Shown one piece after another: positions 28,801-36,366 of a stretch of DNA of 64,000 nt. The notes under the pieces are model-generated. The model worked only from the letters and a program-made list of their open reading frames with translations. It was not told the DNA's origin and made no database searches. The stretch is from Polyangiaceae bacterium. GTDB taxonomy: Bacteria > Myxococcota_A > Polyangia > Polyangiales > Polyangiaceae. Both the position numbers and the translations under genes were made by a program. The stretch covers positions 2,112,001 to 2,176,000 of the forward strand of contig CBDCTZ010000016.1 in the NCBI GenBank assembly GCA_965222375.1, in the 5' to 3' direction. The stretch's first letter is position 1. Each line of letters opens with the position of its first letter.

Positions 28801-30269
28801 GGCCCCACCTGCGCCGTGCGATGCATCGCGCCGTCGACCTGGGCCAGCCCGTGAATATCGGCTCTCGGCAGGGTATTCCACCTTGTCAGCTCGGAGAGTT
28901 TGTCGCCTGGTCTGATGCCTTGTGGATCTCCAACGCCGCATTGCACGAAGACCTGGAGCACAAGGTCCGGGGCGTGCAATGCGACGAGTGCCGGTTTTCT
29001 CGGGCCTGCACGGGGGTGTGGCGTCCTTACGCCGAGCGCTACGGGCTGGACGAGTTGCGTGCGATGCCCGGGGTCGCCCTGTGCGGAGACGTTGCCAAGG
29101 AGATTGCAACGAAGTTGGGGGTGATGCCCTGGGGCGTGCCAAGAAGCTTCGAGGACGTCCCCCGAGAACTGCGCGACCACGCTCTGGAGCAGGAAGGGCG
29201 CGCGCTCTATGAACGCGATCCGACCCACGGCCCAGAGCCGTCGAACCTGCGACGGCTACCCGTGGTGAGCGCAGCGGGGCGCCGTCCGCTGCGCCTGGCC
29301 ATGCTGGGCAGTGGCCGTCGTGCGCTGGATCTCCGGGGCGCGCTGCCTGACGTTCCAGAGCTGGCCCTCGACTCCGTGGCGTCGCCGAGAGGACCGAACT
29401 CCACGCAATTCGGTCACGTCGCCTGCTACGGCGATGCAGTGCAGTTGCTGGAAGAGCGGCGTCCCGATGCGGTCGTGATCGCCACTCCTACGCATACTCA
29501 TGGGGCGTTGGTTCGGGCGTGCCTGGAACACGGAGTGCCATTCCTCGTCGAAAAACCCCTCTGCCACGACGTCGACGAGGCACGCGGGCTGCAGCAGCTT
29601 GCGGAGACACGTGGCGTGACCGCCATGGCCGCACACCAACTCGCCACGCTACCCGGAGTGGGGGAGCTTGCATGCGAAGCCGGGGACCATCTGTTCATTC
29701 GCTTTCAGATTCCTCCCGACGCCCTGGACGCACCAAACAGCTGGCATCCGAACGCTCTCTTTCAACAGCTCCACCACAGCATGGAGCTCGCATGTCATGT
29801 GGCGGGTGGAGCAGAGTTCAGCGTCGATCAGGTACAGCTGGGAGGTGCGGCGCGACCGGAGAAGATCCGCGCGCGGTTGATCCCGGCAACGCCCGGGGCT
29901 GCGGGAGCGTCGGACCACGTCATTGCAACGCCCGAACTCATCGTGGATCTCGGCATCGACTACGCCGCATCTCGAAGTGTATTGGAACTTTCCCGTGGGC
30001 AGCGGCGGGTGCTCCGTACTTCGGCAGGCGTCGAGGTTCGCGATCGAGGCCAGGTTCGCGACTACACGGGTAGCGACCGCGCATGGCTGTTGCGCGCCTT
30101 CACCGAAGCCGTCCGCACTGGGCGCTGTCCAGTCCCCTTGAGCCAGGCCGTTGCCACCCTGGCTACGACTCATGCGCTGCTGGGCGCATTGGCCGACGCC
30201 GGGGCACCCCTAGATCCAGAAGGCGCGCCACGGCGGACGGCTAGCCGAGCCTGGCGGGGCAGCTCCTGA
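25836..30269 (+). CDS. Triple radical-SAM plus Gfo/Idh/MocA oxidoreductase fusion protein (~1477 aa)
   Basis: Domain 1: Cx24CxxC with class-B-like motifs (DQN, ETRAD, GIENFS..L..MNKG). Domain 2: CRLSCPVC plus CRECTLADGC. Domain 3: CNQDCGFC, GGEP, TNG plus CDECRFSRAC. Domain 4: LGSG, IATPTHTH, VEKP. Confidence 0.85.
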   Translation: MAAPPSTRLAILSLHSHGDRSYLGDRELCVLSGELRAEGVDNDIIAAVIDPAAPDAALSALSQALQSYPVVLYQRVFSQAVAEALRRILPRHTLIAVRGEHAFEPPADHVLAAPATDLVLNLLKHVTDAEMAAPGRSSGAALLPESRPVPPEQRAFTPNLDPIWIGPKPEQSDFFVLHGNAGCPYQNDARDNEHFSGVELPRGVGRGCGFCAAGNRYEALPLEAVLERVLEQVRYLRRHAPSIERLVLKDQNPFAYLEQLFDRAMGDNLAPFTLLLETRADWFLRAQARVERILKRLRGTRFRLAPYLVGIENFSPVELARMNKGLDVETHVEFLAWLRKMVARYPDVLDLSHSAFGFVLLTPWTTRRDLELNLDGIQRTRLHELRGELLLSRVRLYPDNALYYLAQRDGLLTDAFDEDSEDASKRYGYFPATPWRFRDPYVARFSRLAGEAHVAIAGRDEPKLFAALLDALDARTEPETVTVSDVLACMRSAQPAAGGIAAGRTVQAHVPGGCRLSCPVCDCEDAPGRPKPKDAMRAGGSRVELRGGTEPGDGLADVIAAARDSGFSEVVVRTPALSYAEPDSADWLASAGADSVLVPVFSHRADMHDRISGRRGSLVRSLAGMRALDRAGVGIEVEIPLLAPTLSHLGRILDLLERAVTRVRGVHFHLPDDRRARALLPQLTQVAAHLPPLLTHLKASHTAVSIIPSAGVPLCAVHPHSELLDLFAKQTAATDGLLRPCRECTLADGCAGPNSNYRQTHGSNGLIPFQQVTGGARRQLRRRSARLGGGPELFVIRPTVHCNQDCGFCSANQTSKNAYEDPRSVMRAIVRAAGRGVPHLSFSGGEPTLSKELVDYIRLARRLGIPKIEIVTNGVLLDRQDRVQRLVDAGLSHAFVSLHADSERVSRALTRKDGDFDRTCRAIEQLSKRGVRTAVNHVITAPSCQRLEQFVQFVAGRFGSQVMLSFAFLTPEYRALDNLSLMPRYAEVWPHLRRAMHRAVDLGQPVNIGSRQGIPPCQLGEFVAWSDALWISNAALHEDLEHKVRGVQCDECRFSRACTGVWRPYAERYGLDELRAMPGVALCGDVAKEIATKLGVMPWGVPRSFEDVPRELRDHALEQEGRALYERDPTHGPEPSNLRRLPVVSAAGRRPLRLAMLGSGRRALDLRGALPDVPELALDSVASPRGPNSTQFGHVACYGDAVQLLEERRPDAVVIATPTHTHGALVRACLEHGVPFLVEKPLCHDVDEARGLQQLAETRGVTAMAAHQLATLPGVGELACEAGDHLFIRFQIPPDALDAPNSWHPNALFQQLHHSMELACHVAGGAEFSVDQVQLGGAARPEKIRARLIPATPGAAGASDHVIATPELIVDLGIDYAASRSVLELSRGQRRVLRTSAGVEVRDRGQVRDYTGSDRAWLLRAFTEAVRTGRCPVPLSQAVATLATTHALLGALADAGAPLDPEGAPRRTASRAWRGSS

Positions 30270-30312
30270 CACTGGGATGGCTACGAAGACGAAAGCGGGA
30301 ACGACCACAACC

Positions 30313-30708
30313 TCAGGGCCCGGCGGCTAAGCCGAACCCGAACATGGCGGCGAAGAAGCCAAAATAGGCGAGCCAGAACAAGAGCATCAGCGTCGCGATC
30401 ACGCCGCCGGTGATCATGCCCGCCAGTGCCATGCCCTCGCCCCCGACGGTTTGAGGGTTCTCCCGCGCAAGGCGACGCGCGCGGGCGCCGAGCCAGATCG
30501 CCAAGAACCCAATGGGAAAGCACGACCAGGCCATCAGGCCACAAACCAACGCAGCGATGGCTTCGCCCGAGGGCTGGGGTGAGGGTGGCCGCAGAGGCTG
30601 CCCATAGCTGCCGACGGGCGGGGGCGTGAACGCCTGATAGCCGGCAGGCTGCCCGGGGGGAGCGGGCGGCGCTGGTGGCGGTTGCTGTTGCGGCGGAGGC
30701 TGTTGCAT
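30313..30708 (-). CDS. DUF4190-like membrane protein with Pro-rich N-terminus
   Basis: AIAALVCG...AIWLG...G.GMALAG.I.G pattern; GGGAG RBS. Confidence 0.8.
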   Translation of the reverse strand: MQQPPPQQQPPPAPPAPPGQPAGYQAFTPPPVGSYGQPLRPPSPQPSGEAIAALVCGLMAWSCFPIGFLAIWLGARARRLARENPQTVGGEGMALAGMITGGVIATLMLLFWLAYFGFFAAMFGFGLAAGP

Positions 30709-30800
30709 CGGCGGCTCCCGGGTAGCCTAGCGCAAACCGTCGCCGGATTGAGACTCTAGCTCGGCGGGCACGCTGCGGCCGTCAGGGGCGCTGGCTAGTG

Positions 30801-31077
30801 TCAGCGCACGACGGCAAGTCGCACGTAGGGCGTCGGGCGCGCGGGCTCCGTGCGCTCGAAGGTGTCGGGTCGCGCCGCGTGCCATGCGGCGCGAAACTGC
30901 TCCGGAATCGCATTTTCCAAGAACGCGCCGGGGCTCCACGAAGTGGAAGATCTCGTCCAATGAGCGGACGTCTGTGGGACTGAGCCTGCGCTGTACGTGC
31001 CACGGTCGCAGATCCTCCGGACTATCGAGTCCGGCGGCACCGAGGATCTCGCTGAAGGCGTGCAGGGCTCTCGCGGC
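30801..31077 (-). pseudogene. C-terminal remnant of an FMN-binding glutamate-synthase-family protein
   Basis: Reads ALHAFSEILGAAGLDSPEDLRPWHVQRRLSPTDVRSLDEIFHFVEP, then after an extra base in the G4 run at 30930-30933, GAFLENAIPEQFRAAWHAARPDTF. Confidence 0.7.
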
Positions 31078-31512
31078 CTAAGGGCAGCTCCCGCCCATGT
31101 TCTGCGGTGCCTGCTTGAGGGCGTTGAGCAAGCTCTGACAAGCGACGGTCGGCGCGTTGCGAAACGTATTGCAGGTCTTGCCCACGCTCGGGTCTTTGGA
31201 CGACAGAGTCAAAATCTTCAAGCAACAGTCGGCCGCTTGGTCACAGAGCGGGCCTCCGCGTGAGCCCGACGGATTCAAGCCACCCCATGGTGGTGGGCTG
31301 TCTTCCGCGATCTCGTCCGACTCGTCCTCCACTGGCTCTGGGCCCGCTGCGGGTCCCTGATTGCTGCTGGGTGCAGGTGTATCGTCCGGCACGGCCTCCC
31401 CAGGCGCGTCCGGTATCACGACACTGCTTTCGGCCGTCTTCGGCTCGCTATCGGCTTTCGGAGAACACGCGCCCACCACCACGCAGACGGCGATGGTTGG
31501 CAAGCGGAGCAT
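31078..31512 (-). CDS. Hypothetical lipoprotein with Cys-rich C-terminus
   Basis: Lipobox VGAC; Pro/acidic linker; TATATT lies 6 nt before the ATG. Confidence 0.75.
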   Translation of the reverse strand: MLRLPTIAVCVVVGACSPKADSEPKTAESSVVIPDAPGEAVPDDTPAPSSNQGPAAGPEPVEDESDEIAEDSPPPWGGLNPSGSRGGPLCDQAADCCLKILTLSSKDPSVGKTCNTFRNAPTVACQSLLNALKQAPQNMGGSCP

Positions 31513-31514
31513 GA

Positions 31515-32381
31515 TCAAAATATAGCTTCGACGCCCAAGTTTGCACCAAAGGTCGTCTCACTGATCGGCAGTCCGCCAATTCGGGCGCGCAACCCATTGT
31601 GATCGATCGCTTGAACATTGTCGAAGGCACTACCGCTGGCGTTGCTCGTGGCGCCAGCGTGTAGGGAAACGACGATTCCCGCGTGATCCTCGATCACGTC
31701 GATGAGCGCGCCGAGTGCCGCGGTCCACTCCAGGAAGACCCCAGAGCGCTCGAAGCTCCGCCACTGGGGCTGTGTCTCCAGTTCTGGAGCGACCAATCGA
31801 CTCCAGGCGACCCCGAGCCCCAGAAACAGCCGTGCGCGACGTTCGACGCGTAGTGTGGGTTCCAGCCGGCCCCCGATACTGCTCACGGTGACGTTGGGTT
31901 GTGAGGCCGTGGTCGGCCCCAACGCCCCGTCGTCGAGCCCAACGCTGTGCTGGCCCCGGGTGAAATAGGCACGCAGACCGAGGTAGTCGAGTAGCTCGGC
32001 ACGCACATGACCGCCCCAGAACAGCCCGGGCAGGTAGCGCACGTCGTCGCGTCCGGACGGTCGCATCAAACTTGCTACATCCAGGCCGACGGAAATCCAG
32101 CGTCGCTTCTTCGGTGGCGCCGTGAGCTCCACCGGAGCTGGGTACTGATCGCCGGCTTTGGGTTCAGGGGGCGGGGGAGCGACCTTCACTTGATCGTCCC
32201 CTTCGGGCAGCTCCTCGGTTTTCTTAGCGTCGTCGGACTTCTTCCCTGGTTTCTTGCCGGCCTTCTTGTCGGGTTTTTTGCTAGCCGTGTCCTTCGCGTC
32301 GCCCTTCGGTTGGGCATGCGTCGGCCCGCCGATCCCAAGGGTCGACGCGACAACGATGGCCGCCAACATCCCGTGACGCAC
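31515..32381 (-). CDS. Putative outer-membrane beta-barrel protein
   Basis: Signal peptide (AHA-Q), Lys-rich linker, amphipathic strands and a terminal aromatic residue (GVEAIF). The GTG overlaps the pheT stop. Confidence 0.65.
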   Translation of the reverse strand: MRHGMLAAIVVASTLGIGGPTHAQPKGDAKDTASKKPDKKAGKKPGKKSDDAKKTEELPEGDDQVKVAPPPPEPKAGDQYPAPVELTAPPKKRRWISVGLDVASLMRPSGRDDVRYLPGLFWGGHVRAELLDYLGLRAYFTRGQHSVGLDDGALGPTTASQPNVTVSSIGGRLEPTLRVERRARLFLGLGVAWSRLVAPELETQPQWRSFERSGVFLEWTAALGALIDVIEDHAGIVVSLHAGATSNASGSAFDNVQAIDHNGLRARIGGLPISETTFGANLGVEAIF

Positions 32382-34867
32382 TAGGTCCTCAGCTCGGCTC
32401 CGAGTTCACTCTGGGCTGCTTGAACGACTTGCTTGTGGCGCTTGTCGACTTCCTTGTCAGTCAGCGTGCGGGCCTTGTCGCTATTGGAAGCCGCTAGGGG
32501 ATCCCGGTAGACAATGTGAAAGGCGAGGGAGCGATGCCCCTCGGGCACGGAACCACCCCGAAACAGATCGAAGAGCTCGACGGCTTCGCAGAGATCACCA
32601 GCCTGCTGTCGAATCACCCGCTCGACCTCTGCGGCTGCGATATCCTGCCGCACTACAATCGCGAGATCCCGTGTGACTGCCGGCAACCGGGGGATCGGTT
32701 TGAAGCGAGGCACCGGCGCCGGCAGGGCTTCTATCGCCGCCAGGTCGATCTCGGTCGCGAATACTTCGCCCAGCAGGTCCAGTCTGTCGCTGACATCCGG
32801 GTGCAAAGGACCGAAGTGCCCCACCACCACTTCGTCGATGAGTAGGAAAGCCGCGCCTCGCGGATGCAAATGCGAGGCCTCGTCGCTGCCCTTAGCGGCA
32901 GAGGTGGTGACATCTCGACCACTGATTCTGCGGAGCAGCTCCTCGGCTAGCCCCTTGGCGTCCCAGACATCCACGCTTTGGGGCTTGCCCAGGTAGCCGG
33001 GGCGCGGTCCCGCAATGACGACGGCCAGGCTAGGGCGTTCCTCTGGCAGTACCCGTGGATCGCCCTCGAGACGTGGGCGCGCCGCAACGGCTGCGGGGCT
33101 GCCCCGGTCCGGGTTGGGTTTCAAGAAGAGTGAACCCACGCTGAATAGTCGCACGGCGCGCTGTCCATGGCGCTGCGCGCGGCCAACGGCGTCGAGGAGC
33201 CCGGGTAGCAAGCTGGTGCGCATCACGCTGCGCTCCTCGCTCAATGGGTTGAGCAAAGAAACGACCGGCGGCGGCGCGTGCACGGCGGTCAGCTCTTTCT
33301 CGGAGACGAAGCTGTAGGTGACGGCTTCCGAAAGTCCGAGCGCCGTAGCCACGCCAATCACCTGTCGCTCTAGATCGCCAGCGGTGCGCGGCTCCTGCGG
33401 CGCAATGGCGGGCAGCAGCGTCGGGATCTTGTCGAAGCCGTAGCCACGGGCGACCTCCTCGATCAGATCGACTTCCAGCGTGGTGTCGGGCCTCCAACTG
33501 GCGCCGGATAGTTCGGCGACGCCGTCCTCACTACTCGTCTTGGCGAAACCCAGGCGCTGCAGCAGGTTCAGCGCTTGGTCGAAGGGCACTTCGGTGCCCA
33601 AGAGCGCGTCGATGCGACTCTTGCGTAGACGGATCGTCGGGATTGGGATCTTTGGGCCAGACGCCAAGATCTGCCCACGCACGACTTTGCCTCCGGCAAG
33701 CTGCGCGAGCAGGGCTTTGGCGTGCTCCAGCACCAGCGGCACGGCGCCATGATCGACGCCGCGCTCGAAGCGAAAGCTGGCCTCCGTCGACAGACCGTGG
33801 CGACGAGCCGTCCGACGCACTCCTCGCGGCTGGAGGTAGGCGCACTCGAGTAGGACGCGGGTGGTGTCGTCTTTGATTTCGCTGTCGAGGCCGCCCATGA
33901 CCCCTGCCAGAGCGCTGGGTGCCTCGGCGTCGGCAATGACTAGGTCGTCGTCGCTCAGGGTGTGCTTCTCGCCATCGAGAGTCGTGAAGGGTTCCTTGGC
34001 TGCGGCCCGGCGCACGATGATCTTGGCGCCGCCGACCTGGTCTAGATTGAAAGCGTGCAAAGGCTGGCCGAACTGCAAGAGCAGAAGGTTGGTGATGTCG
34101 ACAATGTTGGAAATCGGTCGCACGCCGAGTAGCGAAAGCCGCCAGCGCAGCCACTCTGGAGATGGCCCTACCTGGACGCCTAGGACCACGCCCGCGCCGT
34201 AGATCGGGCAGCGTTCCGTGTCGCGGTTCTCGATTTCGATCAGGTCGTCCAGCTTGTCATCGACGAAACTCGCGATGTCCCCGGGCTGCGGCGGCGAGAA
34301 CGGTAGATCCAGAATCGCGCCTAACTCACGGGCAACGCCGACGTGACCCAGGGCGTCTGGGCGGTTTGGCGTGATGCCCAACTCGAAGATGGTGTCGCGC
34401 GCAGCGGGCAACGCATCGAAGAGCGGACTGCCGGCAGCGAATCGACCCGCATCCAAGACCAGGATCCCCTCGGAGTCCTCGGCCAAGCCGAGCTCGGCTT
34501 CGGAGAGCAACATTCCTTCGCTGAGCACACCGCCCAGCTCTCGAGCCTTGAGCTCACCTACACCGGGTAGCACTGTGCCCAGAGGTGCGAGCACGACCTG
34601 ACCGCCAGGTTGCGGCACGTTGCTTGCCCCACATACGACCGTAACCGTCGCGCCGCCGCGATCCACACTCACGAGCTTGAGCCCCGAACGCTTCGGATGG
34701 GGTTCGATCTTCTGAACGTCAGCAATTACCGCAGGTTCGGCGCCGGCGCCAATGTGCGTGATCGCTTCGACTTCCAGCCCCGCCTGGGTCAAGTGCTCGG
34801 CTATCTGGGCGTGAGGGATCTCCAATCCGGGCAACAGTTCTTTGAGCCAAGTCAGTGAGACGCGCAT
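32381..34867 (-). CDS. pheT: Phenylalanine--tRNA ligase beta subunit
   Basis: VVCGASNV, SEGMLLSEAELG, ITPNRPDALG, GQPLHAF, RFERGVD, DLIEEVAR and MRTSL motifs, with an FDX-ACB C-terminus. Confidence 0.97.
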   Translation of the reverse strand: MRVSLTWLKELLPGLEIPHAQIAEHLTQAGLEVEAITHIGAGAEPAVIADVQKIEPHPKRSGLKLVSVDRGGATVTVVCGASNVPQPGGQVVLAPLGTVLPGVGELKARELGGVLSEGMLLSEAELGLAEDSEGILVLDAGRFAAGSPLFDALPAARDTIFELGITPNRPDALGHVGVARELGAILDLPFSPPQPGDIASFVDDKLDDLIEIENRDTERCPIYGAGVVLGVQVGPSPEWLRWRLSLLGVRPISNIVDITNLLLLQFGQPLHAFNLDQVGGAKIIVRRAAAKEPFTTLDGEKHTLSDDDLVIADAEAPSALAGVMGGLDSEIKDDTTRVLLECAYLQPRGVRRTARRHGLSTEASFRFERGVDHGAVPLVLEHAKALLAQLAGGKVVRGQILASGPKIPIPTIRLRKSRIDALLGTEVPFDQALNLLQRLGFAKTSSEDGVAELSGASWRPDTTLEVDLIEEVARGYGFDKIPTLLPAIAPQEPRTAGDLERQVIGVATALGLSEAVTYSFVSEKELTAVHAPPPVVSLLNPLSEERSVMRTSLLPGLLDAVGRAQRHGQRAVRLFSVGSLFLKPNPDRGSPAAVAARPRLEGDPRVLPEERPSLAVVIAGPRPGYLGKPQSVDVWDAKGLAEELLRRISGRDVTTSAAKGSDEASHLHPRGAAFLLIDEVVVGHFGPLHPDVSDRLDLLGEVFATEIDLAAIEALPAPVPRFKPIPRLPAVTRDLAIVVRQDIAAAEVERVIRQQAGDLCEAVELFDLFRGGSVPEGHRSLAFHIVYRDPLAASNSDKARTLTDKEVDKRHKQVVQAAQSELGAELRT

Positions 34868-35263
34868 AGGACAGCCGCGCTTTTACCACGGGCCTGCTCA
34901 GCCGCGCGCGCCCTGTATGGGGTGGCAGAAAAGCCCTATACTTTCTGGTTGAATGCCTGGTCCCTCGCGTGTCGTATCGCTCGTGGGCGGCGCGCTTCTC
35001 GTGGTGGGAGCCTGCGCCTTCAGCGGAGATGTTCCGGAGGCGTTCGGGGAGAAGGGGAGTGTGCTGCGATACTGCCTGCGCTGACTCCTGTGGGAGCTGC
35101 CTGGGCACACTGGCTTGGAGGACGGGATCTGCACACTACCTCGCGCAGACTCGGCTGAAGACGACACGAGCTGCAGCATCACGACGGCTCGTAGCCACGC
35201 TCCCAGGATGCCGAGCTGGCTCGGCATCGGCGCCTTGTTGTTGGTGCTTCGTCGCCGTCAGCG

Positions 35264-36364
35264 TTAGTGCCCAGGCGGCATCTTCATGCCGGGCGGCATC
35301 TTCATGCCGGGCGGAAGGCCGCCACCAGGCCCACCCGGGGGCTTTGGCGCTGCTCCGCCATCCGGGGTTTCGGTCTTCTGAAACTTGGAGGCTTCGCCGA
35401 GCGCCCAGTCTGCGGCCCAGGAACCGATGCTAACGATCTCTTCGGCGTCGGCCTTCTTGGCCCAGCGGCTGGTGCCCTCCGCGGTGGCGCCGACCAGCAA
35501 GGTGCGCTTCGCGCCATCTCCGAGTTCGAACACGATCGTGCCTGCGGGCTCTTCCAATCCCACGTCCGAAAGGCTCTTGCCAACCGCGAAGTCGTCCGCA
35601 TTCAAGCCCTTGTATGCCCGAATGGCGTCTTTCACCTTTGCCTCGTCGAACTTGTCCAGCTTTGTCGCCACCGGCGCCTTTGCCTTCTTGAACTTGGCGC
35701 TCCACTTGTCGCCGTCCTTGGCGAAGGCGAACTGACCGTGTTCGTTGGTGACGGTGATGGTCTTGACCTTGTCCTCCTCGAACTTGAACAAGGTGCGGTC
35801 ACGCCAGTCCTTGATCTGGCGATCGTACAAATAGCTGGAGTAGCCCTTGATGGCGTAGACGCCATCCTTGCCCGCGATGCGCGTCATCTGGCCCCGGGAG
35901 CCGCTCTGGCCGAAGTACATGTCCGCAACGGCCTCTTTGCCCTTGTAGAAGACGGCGTGTAGAGCCTTCTTGTCCGTGACTTCGAACTTCTCGTAGGCGT
36001 CCTTGCCCGGGTCGATCGTCTCTTTGATCTCCAAGCTTTTCAGGTTGTCGAGCAGAGACTTGACGTTGGTGTCATTGGCGGCCGCCTCGACCGGCGCCAT
36101 CACGTTCCACTTGTCGCCCTTCTTTTCCAGAGTGACCGCCGTGCCGGCGCCACCTTCTTTGGGCGGGGTTGAAATCGTGATCTTGTTGACCGCCTTGGTT
36201 TGCTCCTCGCCGATCCCGAGCTTGGGAAGCTCCGCTTGGCGAGACTCCGCCGTATAGCCCTTGAGCTCTTCTTTCTTTTTCTTGGTCTGCAGGTAGTAGA
36301 CGCCGCCGAGGCCAACGAGCAGGACAACGGCGATGCCCAACTTCTTATCCATGGGAACAGCCAT
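35264..36364 (-). CDS. DUF4340-type membrane-anchored protein of the Gld-like ABC operon
   Basis: N-terminal TM helix, DWRDRTLF motif and two internal repeats; last gene of a gldAFG-like operon. Start at 36364 or 36352. Confidence 0.8.
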   Translation of the reverse strand: MAVPMDKKLGIAVVLLVGLGGVYYLQTKKKKEELKGYTAESRQAELPKLGIGEEQTKAVNKITISTPPKEGGAGTAVTLEKKGDKWNVMAPVEAAANDTNVKSLLDNLKSLEIKETIDPGKDAYEKFEVTDKKALHAVFYKGKEAVADMYFGQSGSRGQMTRIAGKDGVYAIKGYSSYLYDRQIKDWRDRTLFKFEEDKVKTITVTNEHGQFAFAKDGDKWSAKFKKAKAPVATKLDKFDEAKVKDAIRAYKGLNADDFAVGKSLSDVGLEEPAGTIVFELGDGAKRTLLVGATAEGTSRWAKKADAEEIVSIGSWAADWALGEASKFQKTETPDGGAAPKPPGGPGGGLPPGMKMPPGMKMPPGH

Positions 36365-36366
36365 GA

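Noticed and set aside
22803..31080. RiPP precursor peptide for the rSAM protein
   Set aside because: No short ORF with a credible RBS and leader/core pattern was found next to the locus; the neighbours look like ordinary lipoprotein and membrane genes.
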